Assembly: GCA_038116945.1 (NCBI GenBank)
Contig: JAYOEY010000001.1
Location: 292,649-356,648, forward strand
From: Rhodospirillales bacterium
GTDB lineage: Bacteria; Pseudomonadota; Alphaproteobacteria; MPNO01; UBA2964
DNA length: 64,000 nt
Reading direction: 5' to 3'
Each line of letters opens with the position of its first letter. Position 1 is the first letter of the stretch. A program made the translations under genes and the position numbers. The notes under the pieces were generated by a model, which did not search any database, was not told the DNA's origin, and saw nothing but the letters and a program-made list of their open reading frames with translations. Shown here one piece after another: positions 28,695 through 38,982 of this stretch.

Positions 28695-29717
28695 ATGGCC
28701 AAGTACAATCTGACGCTGGTGTTCGAGGACGGACGCAGCGAAACCATCCAGGCGGATGAGAGCGACACGATCTACATGGCGTGTCTCCGGAATAAAATCC
28801 GGATCCTGACCGACTGCCTTGAAGGAGCCTGCGCGACCTGCAAGGGACACTGCATCGAAGGAAAGTACGACCTCGACGAATATGCAGAGGAAGCCCTGTC
28901 GGCGGAGGAATTCGCGGCGCGCGAGGTTCTGACCTGCCAGATGCATGTCAGGTCGGACTGCATCGTGGAATTTCCGTACGAATCGAGCCAGGCGTTCCGG
29001 GAAGGGCCGAAGAGTTGGCCATGCGCCGTTGTCGCGGTGGAAATGGTTTCGTCCACCGTTGCGCGGCTGGAGATCGGGTTGAACGCACCGGAAGAGGGGC
29101 GTCCCGCGTTCCTGCCGGGGCAGTATGTCCATCTGTCCGTTCCCGGTACGGAGGACGTGCGTTCCTATTCTTTCGCGAATCCCCCCGGGGACAGCGGAAA
29201 CTTCGAGTTCTATATCAAGCTGCTGGACGACGGGGTCATGAGCGCGTACCTGCGCGACCGGGCAAAGCCTGGAGACCCTGTTTCGATGACGGGACCGTTC
29301 GGGCATTTTTACCTGCGACGTCCGGAAGCGCCGGTCGTGATGGTGGCGGGCGGCACCGGACTGGCGCCAATGCTGGCGATGCTCGATCATATGGTGGCGC
29401 AGGGCTGGACCGATCGGAACATCCGGCTGCTGTGTGGCGCCAATACGCCTGACGAGCTGTTTTCAGAGGCAAAGATAGCGGCATATTCCGGCCAGGGGCT
29501 GGATCTTGGCGTTGAGTACGCCGTCGTGGATGCCGGTGGTTCATGGGACGGCGCGGTCGGTCATGTGACGTCGCTTCTGACCGAGGAAATGACCGACGGT
29601 GGTGCCGAATTCTATCTATGCGGACCGCCGCCGATGATCGAAGCGGCGGAAACCTGGCTGGCCGGACATGGTGTCGACGGCAAGCGAATTCACGCCGAGA
29701 AATTTCTGCCCAGTTAA
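28695..29717 (+). CDS. oxygenase reductase component (plant-type 2Fe-2S ferredoxin fused to FNR-like FAD/NAD domain)
   Basis: CLEGACATCKGHC...LTCQ cluster ligands, RSYSFAN flavin motif, GGTGLAP NAD motif. This is the BenC/AntC-type architecture. Confidence 0.9.
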   Translation: MAKYNLTLVFEDGRSETIQADESDTIYMACLRNKIRILTDCLEGACATCKGHCIEGKYDLDEYAEEALSAEEFAAREVLTCQMHVRSDCIVEFPYESSQAFREGPKSWPCAVVAVEMVSSTVARLEIGLNAPEEGRPAFLPGQYVHLSVPGTEDVRSYSFANPPGDSGNFEFYIKLLDDGVMSAYLRDRAKPGDPVSMTGPFGHFYLRRPEAPVVMVAGGTGLAPMLAMLDHMVAQGWTDRNIRLLCGANTPDELFSEAKIAAYSGQGLDLGVEYAVVDAGGSWDGAVGHVTSLLTEEMTDGGAEFYLCGPPPMIEAAETWLAGHGVDGKRIHAEKFLPS

Positions 29718-29792
29718 AAAATACATTAAACGAATGGGTTACCTAATTTTCTTTGGTAAAAAGATCAAATTGAATCATGCCGTTTTAGGGCG

Positions 29793-29820
29793 TTGACTTC
29801 ACCTCGAAAAATCTTATTTT
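29793..29820 (+). promoter_or_regulatory. candidate sigma70 promoter of the Rrf2-suf operon
   Basis: TTGACT (29793-29798), 16-nt spacer, TATTTT (29815-29820), in an AT-rich intergenic region. Confidence 0.4.
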
Positions 29821-29826
29821 GCCTTT

Positions 29827-29867
29827 CGTACCGGATCGGTCCCATATAGCTGGACCAATTCGGTACG
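29827..29867 (+). promoter_or_regulatory. 41-bp imperfect palindrome, candidate Rrf2-type operator or 5-prime UTR hairpin
   Basis: CGTACCGgatCGGTCC-catatagct-GGACCaattCGGTACG. The arms match 13/16 and the element sits immediately downstream of the candidate -10 box. Confidence 0.45.
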
Positions 29868-29900
29868 AATTGAACCCGCAGGGGATCTGGATTTTTCGGA

Positions 29901-30351
29901 ATGATCAAGCTCAGCCGTCTGGCGGATTATTCGATTGTGATGATGACGCAGCTGGCCGCCCGTCCGGGTGCGCTGATGCAGGCGCCGGATATGGCGCTTG
30001 TTACGGGTGTGCCGGTGCCCACCGTCAGCAAGGTGATGAAGATGCTGGCCCAGTCCGGTCTTGTCGACTCGCAGCGCGGCGCCAAAGGCGGGTACGCCCT
30101 GACGCGCGAGGCGGCCCAAATCCCGGTGACGGAGATCATTGCGGCGGTCGACGGGCCGATTGCGCTTACCGAATGCACGGTGCCTGACGAAAACGGGTGC
30201 GAGCACGAAGCGTTGTGTCCGACGCGGACCAACTGGCGGAAGATCAACGACGCCGTGGTCAGTGCGCTTCGGGGGATCACGCTTGCGGACATGACGCCCC
30301 AGATGGCGCCCTTCGTACCGCCGTCCTTCGAGGTCGAGACGAGGGTGGACA

Positions 30352-30359
<8 letters not shown>
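29901..30359 (+). CDS. Rrf2 family transcriptional regulator (SUF-associated)
   Basis: [15 protein letters not shown]..., wHTH region, [10 protein letters not shown], and a three-Cys cluster [17 protein letters not shown]. Overlaps the sufB start by 8 nt. Confidence 0.85.
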
Positions 30360-31803
<1,444 letters not shown>

Positions 31804-31825
31804 CGGGATGGAACGGGGAACAGGA

Positions 31826-32584
31826 ATGCTGTCGATCAGGAACCTTCACGCAACGGTGGCGGGAAAGGAAATCCTGCGCGGTATCGATCTTGAGATCGCC
31901 GCGGGGGAGGTTCACGCCATCATGGGGCCGAACGGGTCCGGAAAATCCACCCTGTCCTACGTGTTGTCGGGCCGCGAAGGTTACGAGGTCACCGAAGGCG
32001 AGGTCCTGTTCAACGGCAAAAACCTTCTCGACATGGAGATCGAGGAACGGGCGGCGGCCGGCGTTTTTCTGGCGTTTCAGTATCCGGTCGAAATTCCCGG
32101 CATTTCGACGATGAGCTTTCTCAGGACGGCCCTGAACTCGGTACGCCGGATGAGGGGCGAACCGGAACTGGCGGCGGTGGACTTCCTGAAGCTCGCCCGG
32201 GAGAAGGCGAAGGCCCTGGAGATCGACGACAAGATGCTGCAGCGCCCGGTAAATGTCGGTTTCTCGGGCGGGGAAAAGAAGCGCAACGAGGTGCTTCAGA
32301 TGTCGATCCTCGAACCGCGGCTGATGTTGCTTGATGAGACGGATTCGGGTCTGGACATCGACGCGCTCAAGATCGTGTCGCAGGGGGTCAACGCGCTGCG
32401 CGGGCCCGAACGGGCCTTTCTGGTCATTACCCATTATCAGCGCCTTTTGAGTCATATCGTGCCCGATCGGGTTAGCGTTCTCGCGCAGGGACGCATCGTC
32501 GCGACCGGCGGCAAGGAGCTTGCCCTCGAACTGGAGGACAAGGGCTATGCGGCCGTCGGGCTCAAGGACGAGGCTGCGGCGTAA
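31826..32584 (+). CDS. sufC: Fe-S cluster assembly ATPase SufC
   Basis: MLSIRNLH start, Walker A GPNGSGKST, signature FSGGEKKRNE, Walker B LLDETDSGLD. The track ORF starts 18 nt upstream. Confidence 0.95.
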   Translation: MLSIRNLHATVAGKEILRGIDLEIAAGEVHAIMGPNGSGKSTLSYVLSGREGYEVTEGEVLFNGKNLLDMEIEERAAAGVFLAFQYPVEIPGISTMSFLRTALNSVRRMRGEPELAAVDFLKLAREKAKALEIDDKMLQRPVNVGFSGGEKKRNEVLQMSILEPRLMLLDETDSGLDIDALKIVSQGVNALRGPERAFLVITHYQRLLSHIVPDRVSVLAQGRIVATGGKELALELEDKGYAAVGLKDEAAA

Positions 32585-32589
32585 CCGAC

Positions 32590-33930
32590 ATGGCGATCAA
32601 TCTGAAACAGGTTGCGGCACCGGCGGTGGACCGAGAAATCGCGCGTTTCGAGACGGTTCGCGAATCGCTTCCCGGCGCCTCGCAGGCATGGGTGTCCGAA
32701 TTCCGGACGAAATCGGCGGATATGCTTGCGCGCAACGGATTTCCGACAACGCGGGTCGAAAGCTGGAAATATACTGATCTCAGGCGGGTTTTCCGGAACG
32801 GGTTCTCCGGCGAGCCGGGCCATCTTGACGAGATCGATATCGGGACCTTGCTGCCTGACGGCGACGGGGTATCGATCGTCTTTGTGGACGGTGTTTTTTC
32901 GGGATCGCTCTCCCGTTTGGATAGCCAGGCAGGCGTTCGTGTCATGCCGCTGTCCAATGCTCTCGAAGCCGGCGACGGAACGTTGAAGGAGACGCTTGGT
33001 TCGGTTGCCCGGATGGAGGAGCCGACGCTCGCTGCCTTGAACGGCGCCTTGATGCAGGACGGGGCGTTTGTCGACATCGCAGACGATATCGAGATCGCGA
33101 CGCCAGTCCGGATCGTCTGCCTGACAAGCGGAGAGTTCGGCGGCGCTGCTCATTTGCGTCATGTGGTTCGTCTGGGAAGGAATGCGAGAGCAACGGTGGT
33201 TCAGGCGCATTTCGGAACGGGCAGCGCGGCGGGGCTCTGCAATGTCGTGACTGAATGCCTTGTCGGGGACGGCGCGTCCCTGTCCGTCATCAAACGTCAG
33301 GAAGAGGGGACGATGGCCCTGCATATCGGGCTGCTGGCCGCGGTGGTGGGGCGTGACGCGGCGCTGGACGTCTTTACGCTGTCTTCGGGCGGTCGTACCG
33401 CCCGGAACGAAATTCGTGTGACGCTCGCGGGCGAGGGGGCGAATGCCAGGCTCGACGGTTTGGCACTCGGCCGCGGTAGACAGCATTGCGACAACACAAC
33501 GGATATAATGCACGCGGTACCGCAGGGGACCAGCAACCAGCTATACAAATCCGTGGTCGATGACCAGGCGCGGAGTGTCTTTCTGGGCCGTATCGAGGTT
33601 GCGCCGGATGCGCAGAAGACCGATGCAAGACAGATGAACCGCAGCCTGCTGCTGTCTCCGTCGGCGCAGGCCGACAGCAAGCCCGAACTGATCATTCATG
33701 CCGATGACGTCAAATGCGCGCACGGCGCGACGGTCGGCGACCTGGATGAAGAGGCGATGTTCTATCTGCGGAGTCGCGGCGTGTCGGGAAGCGAAGCGCG
33801 AGCGCTGCTCGTTCAGGCATTTGCCGGCGAAACGCTCAACTCGGTACAGGACGAAAATATCCGCGCCTGGCTGGAGCGCGGATTGATCCGATGGCTCGGT
33901 CACGGGGACGAAAAGGAACTGGCGGCATGA
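32590..33930 (+). CDS. sufD: Fe-S cluster assembly protein SufD
   Basis: Position after sufC and conserved C-terminal block (PELIIHADDVKCAHGATVGDLDEEAMFYLRSRG). Confidence 0.9.
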   Translation: MAINLKQVAAPAVDREIARFETVRESLPGASQAWVSEFRTKSADMLARNGFPTTRVESWKYTDLRRVFRNGFSGEPGHLDEIDIGTLLPDGDGVSIVFVDGVFSGSLSRLDSQAGVRVMPLSNALEAGDGTLKETLGSVARMEEPTLAALNGALMQDGAFVDIADDIEIATPVRIVCLTSGEFGGAAHLRHVVRLGRNARATVVQAHFGTGSAAGLCNVVTECLVGDGASLSVIKRQEEGTMALHIGLLAAVVGRDAALDVFTLSSGGRTARNEIRVTLAGEGANARLDGLALGRGRQHCDNTTDIMHAVPQGTSNQLYKSVVDDQARSVFLGRIEVAPDAQKTDARQMNRSLLLSPSAQADSKPELIIHADDVKCAHGATVGDLDEEAMFYLRSRGVSGSEARALLVQAFAGETLNSVQDENIRAWLERGLIRWLGHGDEKELAA

Positions 33931-35180
33931 CGGCAATGCCGGATATCAGGCAGGGCACTGCGTTCGATGTGGAACGGATCAGGGCCGATTTTCCGATCCT
34001 GTCGGAGTCGGTCTACGGTAAGCCCCTGGTCTATTTCGACAGCGCAGCCAGCGCGCAGAAGCCGCGCCAGGTGATCGATGCGATTTCGCGCGTATACGAA
34101 ACCGAATACGCTAACGTCCATCGCGGCGTCCATTACATGAGCCAGAAGGCGACGGATGCGATGGAGGCGGCGCGGGAGAAGGTTCGCGCCTTCATCAATG
34201 CCAAAGATATCCGCGAAATCATTTTCGTGCGCGGCGCGACCGAGGGAATCAACCTCGTCGCCTCAAGCTGGGGCCGGAAGAATTTGCGGGACGGCGATGA
34301 AATCATCGTCTCCGAGATCGAACATCATTCCAATATCGTGCCGTGGCAGATCGTTGGCGAACAGACCGGCGCCACGTTGAAGGTCGTCCCCGTCGACGAC
34401 AGCGGCGCCCTCATCATCGAGGATTACGAAAAGCTGTTTTCGGACCGAACGAAGATCGTCGCCATCACGCATGTGTCGAACGCACTCGGGACCGTTACGC
34501 CGATCAGAAAGATCATCGATTTTGCGCATTCGAAAGGCGTGCCGGTGCTGGTCGACGGTTGCCAGGCAGCACCGCATATGGCGCTGGACATGCGGGCGCT
34601 CGATGCCGATTTCTATGTATTTTCCGGGCACAAGATATACGGGCCGAGCGGTATCGGCGTCCTGTACGGCAAGGCGGAATTGCTGGAAGCCATGCCGCCC
34701 TATCAGGGTGGCGGCGAAATGATCGACACGGTGACGTTCGAAAAATCGACCTGGGCCGATCTACCCTTCAAGTTCGAGGCCGGTACGCCGCATATCTCGG
34801 GCGCGATCGGGCTGGGAGCGGCGATCGATTACCTGAACGGCATCGGGTTCGAGGCGATCGGCGCGCATGAGCACGACCTGCTCGCTTACGCCACCGAACG
34901 GCTTTCCGGCATCAATTCCATTCGTCTGATCGGCACCGCGCCCGGGAAGGCCGGCATTCTGTCCTTCCTGCTCGGCGACGTTCATCCCCACGATGTCGGC
35001 ACGATCCTCGACCGTGAAGGCATCGCGGTTCGGACAGGGCACCATTGCGCGCAGCCGGTGATGGAACGCTACGACGTTGCGGCGACCGTGCGGGCTTCCA
35101 TCGGGCTCTACAACACCCGGGGGGATGTCGATGCTCTGGTCGCGTCTCTCGGCCGCGTTCAGGAGATTTTCGGATCATGA
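33927..35180 (+). CDS. sufS: cysteine desulfurase SufS
   Basis: ATGA overlap with the sufD stop. Motifs FPIL...YFDSAASAQKP, HVSNALGT, SGHKIYGPSGIG (PLP Lys), RTGHHCAQP (catalytic Cys). Confidence 0.93.
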   Translation: MTAMPDIRQGTAFDVERIRADFPILSESVYGKPLVYFDSAASAQKPRQVIDAISRVYETEYANVHRGVHYMSQKATDAMEAAREKVRAFINAKDIREIIFVRGATEGINLVASSWGRKNLRDGDEIIVSEIEHHSNIVPWQIVGEQTGATLKVVPVDDSGALIIEDYEKLFSDRTKIVAITHVSNALGTVTPIRKIIDFAHSKGVPVLVDGCQAAPHMALDMRALDADFYVFSGHKIYGPSGIGVLYGKAELLEAMPPYQGGGEMIDTVTFEKSTWADLPFKFEAGTPHISGAIGLGAAIDYLNGIGFEAIGAHEHDLLAYATERLSGINSIRLIGTAPGKAGILSFLLGDVHPHDVGTILDREGIAVRTGHHCAQPVMERYDVAATVRASIGLYNTRGDVDALVASLGRVQEIFGS

Positions 35181-35620
35181 GCGACGGGCTGACCGATCTC
35201 TACCAGGAGGTCATTCTTGAACACAGTCGTCATCCGCGGAATTTCGGGCCGGCAGAGGATGCGAACCGGAGCGCCCGCGGCAACAATCCGCTGTGCGGCG
35301 ACAGGGTGACCGTCTATCTGAAACTCGCCGGCGACGTGATCGAGGACGCGAAATTCGAGGCGAGGGGATGCGCGATTTCGCTGGCGTCCGCGTCGATGAT
35401 GACCGAACTGATCAAGGGAAAAACCGAAGACGAGGCGCGCGAGCTGTTCGAGCGGTTTCACGCGCTGGTCACCGGCGAAGCCGACGGGAAAGAAATGGAT
35501 GGACTCGAGGCGCTTTCCGGCGTGAAGGAATTTCCGACCCGGATCAAGTGCGCGACGCTTGCCTGGCATGCCATGTCGGCGGCGCTCGACGGCAGCGACG
35601 AAAATGTAAAGACCGAGTAG
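35177..35620 (+). CDS. sufU: SUF system NifU/IscU-like sulfur acceptor SufU
   Basis: ATGA overlap with the sufS stop. LYQEVILEHSRHPRNFG, NPLCGD, GCAIS and RIKCATLAW carry the three conserved Cys. Confidence 0.85.
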   Translation: MSDGLTDLYQEVILEHSRHPRNFGPAEDANRSARGNNPLCGDRVTVYLKLAGDVIEDAKFEARGCAISLASASMMTELIKGKTEDEARELFERFHALVTGEADGKEMDGLEALSGVKEFPTRIKCATLAWHAMSAALDGSDENVKTE

Positions 35621-35638
35621 CAACGACAGGACCGAACG

Positions 35639-36118
35639 ATGTTCTGGAGAAAGAAGGAAGACAAAACGGTGGCTCCCGAAACCGTGCCGATGGCTTCGCA
35701 GGAAACGGAGCCAGACAGCCGGATGGCGCATGATCCGGACAGGGAGGAGCGCTCGCCCGAGCCTGTCGGGAGGGCCGAGGAAGAAACGCAGCGGGAGCCC
35801 GCCTCGTTCGAGCAGGCGCAGCTCGAAGGGCGGGTCATTGAGGCGATCTCGACGGTCTTCGATCCTGAAATCCCGGTAAATATTTACGAGATGGGGCTGA
35901 TTTACGATATCGATATCGACGGCATGTCCGATGTGAAAATCAGGATGACCCTGACCTCTCCGGCTTGCCCGGTCGCCGGATCGCTTCCGGGAGACGTTCA
36001 GCGGGTCGTCGAGGATGTTGATGGCGTGCGTGCGGTTGACGTTGATCTGGTGTGGGAGCCGCCCTGGACGCCGGACCGGATGACGGAAGCGGCGAAGCTC
36101 GAGCTTGGGTTCATGTAG
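35639..36118 (+). CDS. sufT: DUF59/SufT-type Fe-S assembly protein with acidic N-terminal extension
   Basis: FDPEIPVNIYEMGLIYDI...TLTSPACPVAG is the DUF59 core. The start could be a downstream ATG. Confidence 0.75.
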   Translation: MFWRKKEDKTVAPETVPMASQETEPDSRMAHDPDREERSPEPVGRAEEETQREPASFEQAQLEGRVIEAISTVFDPEIPVNIYEMGLIYDIDIDGMSDVKIRMTLTSPACPVAGSLPGDVQRVVEDVDGVRAVDVDLVWEPPWTPDRMTEAAKLELGFM

Positions 36119-36125
36119 GAGCAGG

Positions 36126-36488
36126 ATGATGGCGACGCAGACAGCAGGCCGGGAGCGCCCGCCGCCGTTGAACGTTACGGATGCTGCGGCCGCGCAGCTT
36201 CGGAAATTGATCGACATGCACAACCCCGAAGCCGCCGGAATTCGTCTCGGCGTGAAGGAAGGGGGCTGCAATGGCATGACCTACTCGATGGATTTCGCGG
36301 AAGAACGCGATCCGATGGACGAAGCCATGGAAGTGGACGGGGTGACGCTTCTGATCGACCCCATGTCGGTCATCTATCTGGTCGGCACTGAAATGGATTA
36401 CGTCCAGGAAAAGCTGGGGTCGACGTTCGTCTTCCGCAATCCCAACGAGACCGGACGCTGCGGCTGCGGCGAATCCTTCAGCGTCTGA
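36126..36488 (+). CDS. sufA: A-type Fe-S carrier (SufA/IscA family)
   Basis: GCNGMTY and C-terminal CGCGESF cysteine ligands. AGGAG lies upstream of twin ATG codons at 36126 and 36129. Confidence 0.85.
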   Translation: MMATQTAGRERPPPLNVTDAAAAQLRKLIDMHNPEAAGIRLGVKEGGCNGMTYSMDFAEERDPMDEAMEVDGVTLLIDPMSVIYLVGTEMDYVQEKLGSTFVFRNPNETGRCGCGESFSV

Positions 36489-36504
36489 CGAAAGTCTGAT
36501 CCGG

Positions 36505-37110
36505 ATGCCCAAGGTCTATGCGATTGACGGGGTAACGCCGGTCGTCGATCCGACGGCCTATATTCATCCGATGGCGACGCTGATCGGCGACGTCGTGGTG
36601 GGCGCGAACTGCTATGTCGGGCCCGGTGCGAGCCTGCGCGGCGACATGGGACAGATCGTCATGAAGCCCGGCAGCAACATGCAGGACAACTGCATCGCCC
36701 ATACGTTCGCCGGCGGCGAAACCATCCTCGAGGAAGAGGCCAATATCGGACATGGGGCCATCCTGCACGGGTGCCATGTCGGCCGGTGCACGCTGATCGG
36801 GATGAATGCCGTACTCATGGACGGCGCGGTGATCGGCGATTTCTCTTTCGTGGCGGCGCTCGCCTTCGTCAAGGCAGGGTTCGAAGTGCCGCCGAAAACG
36901 ATCGCCGCCGGTATCCCGGCGAAGATCCTGCGCGACCTGAAAGAAGAAGAAATTCAGTGGAAGCGGAACGGAGACGAGGACTATCAGGGCATCATCCGTC
37001 GCAGCCGGGAAAGCCTTGAACTGGTGGACGCGCTGACAGACGTATCGGGCGTGACGGGGCCGCGTATCGATGCTCCCGGAATTCCGCCGCTCTACAAGAC
37101 GAGAAAATAG
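36505..37110 (+). CDS. gamma-carbonic-anhydrase-like left-handed beta-helix protein (PaaY/CaiE-like)
   Basis: Hexapeptide-repeat pattern with HTFAGGETILEEEANIGHGAILHGCHVG and the YAIDGVTPVVDPTAYIHP N-terminus. Confidence 0.8.
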   Translation: MPKVYAIDGVTPVVDPTAYIHPMATLIGDVVVGANCYVGPGASLRGDMGQIVMKPGSNMQDNCIAHTFAGGETILEEEANIGHGAILHGCHVGRCTLIGMNAVLMDGAVIGDFSFVAALAFVKAGFEVPPKTIAAGIPAKILRDLKEEEIQWKRNGDEDYQGIIRRSRESLELVDALTDVSGVTGPRIDAPGIPPLYKTRK

Positions 37111-37157
37111 GGCGCGTGCCTTCCGCGCGCCGGCAATTTTACTGAAATCGTTGCCGG
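37111..37157. terminator. two adjacent hairpins between convergent genes
   Basis: GGCGCG-tgccttc-CGCGCC (37111-37131) and CCGGCAA-N14-TTGCCGG (37130-37157). Confidence 0.45.
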
Positions 37158-37158
37158 A

Positions 37159-37401
37159 TCAGGAAAACGCCTTGAACCCGATCAGGGTGAAGGTGTCCTT
37201 GATGCCGTCCAGAGTCTGGATTTTTTCGTTCACGAAGCGCCCGATATCGGCGTCGTCGTTCAGATAGCATTTCATCAGAAGATCGTATTCGCCGGAAATC
37301 GAGTGGACTTCGGAAATCTGCTCAATGTCGAGCACGGCCCTGTCCGCGACGTCGTACGCCTTGCCAAGGGCGCATTTCGTGAAGACGAAGATTGTCTGCA
37401 T
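37159..37401 (-). CDS. stand-alone Lrp/AsnC-type ligand-binding (RAM) domain protein
   Basis: 80 aa. EVHSISGEYDLLMKC...FVNEKIQTLDGIKDTFT matches the AsnC_trans_reg domain. No HTH is present. Confidence 0.7.
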   Translation of the reverse strand: MQTIFVFTKCALGKAYDVADRAVLDIEQISEVHSISGEYDLLMKCYLNDDADIGRFVNEKIQTLDGIKDTFTLIGFKAFS

Positions 37402-37418
37402 GACGATTGCCTGTCCGC

Positions 37419-38837
37419 TTACCTCTTACCCGGCGATCTTAGCATGAAGGCAGGCACATGGTCCCCCATGCCGACAACGGATCCCTTTTCTTCTTTCGAA
37501 GAATCCTTGCGTTCCCCGCGGGGCGGCCGTTTCCGGGACGGCGCCGATTTTCCCGCCGGCGTTCCGTCTTCCTTCGGGATATCGGGTTTTTTCTCGGGAG
37601 CTTTCCTTGTTTCGGGAGTCTCGGTTCCGGCTTTTCCGCGTTTTGCGGCAGGGCGACGCTTTCCGCTCCTCCCAACCCGCCCGTCGTTCCCGTCCTCAAG
37701 CGTTCCCTCGGATATACCCTCGATCTGGTATCGGTTGATCTCACGCCCGATAAACCGTTCCACCGCGGCGACGAATTTTCCGTCCTCCGGCATGGCGAGG
37801 GTGAACGCCCGGCCGCTGCGTCCGGCGCGGCCCGTCCGGCCGATACGGTGGACATAGTCCTCGGCGTGCATTGGCACGTCGAAATTGAAGACGTGCGAAA
37901 CTGTCGGAAGGTCGAGGCCGCGCGCCGCGACATCGCTCGCGACGAGAAGCTGGAAGCCTCCCTCGCGGAATTTGTCGAGTGTTTCGAGCCGTGCCGGTTG
38001 CGACATGTCGCCGTGGAGCATGGCGACGCTGTATTTATGACGGCGAAGCGACCGTTCGAGCGTGTCCACGTCGCGTTTGCGGTTACAAAAGATTATCGCG
38101 TTGACGATGTCTTCCTGATCGACCAGCGTTCTGAGGGCCTCGCGTTTGACGTGGTCGGGTCCATCGATGATCGACAGGAAATGCTCGACGGTTTCCGCCG
38201 CCGAAATGTCCGGGGAAATGGTGATTTCCTTCGGATTCATCAGGAACTTGTCCGCGATCGACCTGATTTCGGGAGGCATGGTCGCGGAAAAGAACAGCGT
38301 CTGGCGGATCGTCGGCATCAGCCCGACAATGCGTTCGACATCGGGTATGAAACCCATGTCCATCATCCGGTCCGCCTCGTCGATAACGAGGATCTTGATG
38401 TCGTTCAGGAGAATCCCGCCCCGTTCGAAATGATCGAGCAGCCGGCCGGGAGTCGCAATCAGCACGTCCACGCCGCGGTCGAGCAGAGCGTTCTGGTCAT
38501 CGAAGGAGACGCCGCCGATCAGCAGGGCCATGGAAAGCTTGTGGTACCTGCCGTAGGTCTTGAAGTTTTCCGCGATCTGGGTGGCGAGCTCGCGGGTGGG
38601 CGTCAGGATGAGCGACCGGGGCATCCGCGCCCGTGCGCGCCCCGACGCCAGAATTTCGATCATCGGCAGGGTAAAGGAGGCGGTTTTGCCGGTGCCGGTC
38701 TGGGCACAGCCGAGGACATCGCGCCCCATCAGCACGATAGGAATGGCCTGTTCCTGGATAGGCGTAGGCGTTTCGTAGCCGGCTTCGTCAACCGCCTTCA
38801 GGACTTCCGGGCCGAGCCCGAGATCGTCAAATTTCAT
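37419..38837 (-). CDS. rhlE: DEAD-box ATP-dependent RNA helicase (RhlE-like) with basic C-terminal tail
   Basis: Q-motif TPIQ, AQTGTGKT, PTRELA, DEAD, SAT, HRIGRTGRAG, and a Lys/Arg/Pro-rich tail. Confidence 0.9.
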   Translation of the reverse strand: MKFDDLGLGPEVLKAVDEAGYETPTPIQEQAIPIVLMGRDVLGCAQTGTGKTASFTLPMIEILASGRARARMPRSLILTPTRELATQIAENFKTYGRYHKLSMALLIGGVSFDDQNALLDRGVDVLIATPGRLLDHFERGGILLNDIKILVIDEADRMMDMGFIPDVERIVGLMPTIRQTLFFSATMPPEIRSIADKFLMNPKEITISPDISAAETVEHFLSIIDGPDHVKREALRTLVDQEDIVNAIIFCNRKRDVDTLERSLRRHKYSVAMLHGDMSQPARLETLDKFREGGFQLLVASDVAARGLDLPTVSHVFNFDVPMHAEDYVHRIGRTGRAGRSGRAFTLAMPEDGKFVAAVERFIGREINRYQIEGISEGTLEDGNDGRVGRSGKRRPAAKRGKAGTETPETRKAPEKKPDIPKEDGTPAGKSAPSRKRPPRGERKDSSKEEKGSVVGMGDHVPAFMLRSPGKR

Positions 38838-38982
38838 AGGGAAAGAAGTATCACGTTTTGTCGCGCTTGCGAGCGCCTTTCAAATTCGCGCACTTTGTGG
38901 GCCCATTGGCGCGATAAGTCAAACTGTTACTCTTGAAATCACCCCTGTTTCGGCGGACGATGGCCCGAAAAGGAAGGAATTC

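Noticed and set aside
33891-35176. Longer track starts for sufS (33891) and sufU (35045)
   Set aside because: Both extensions overlap the preceding gene in another frame with Arg/Gly-rich sequence. The ATGA-coupled starts at 33927 and 35177 give canonical N-termini.
37458-38936. 492-aa ORF on the plus strand
   Set aside because: It is entirely antisense to the DEAD-box helicase gene, whose motifs are unambiguous. Its composition is Arg/Gly/Pro-rich, typical of shadow ORFs in high-GC DNA.
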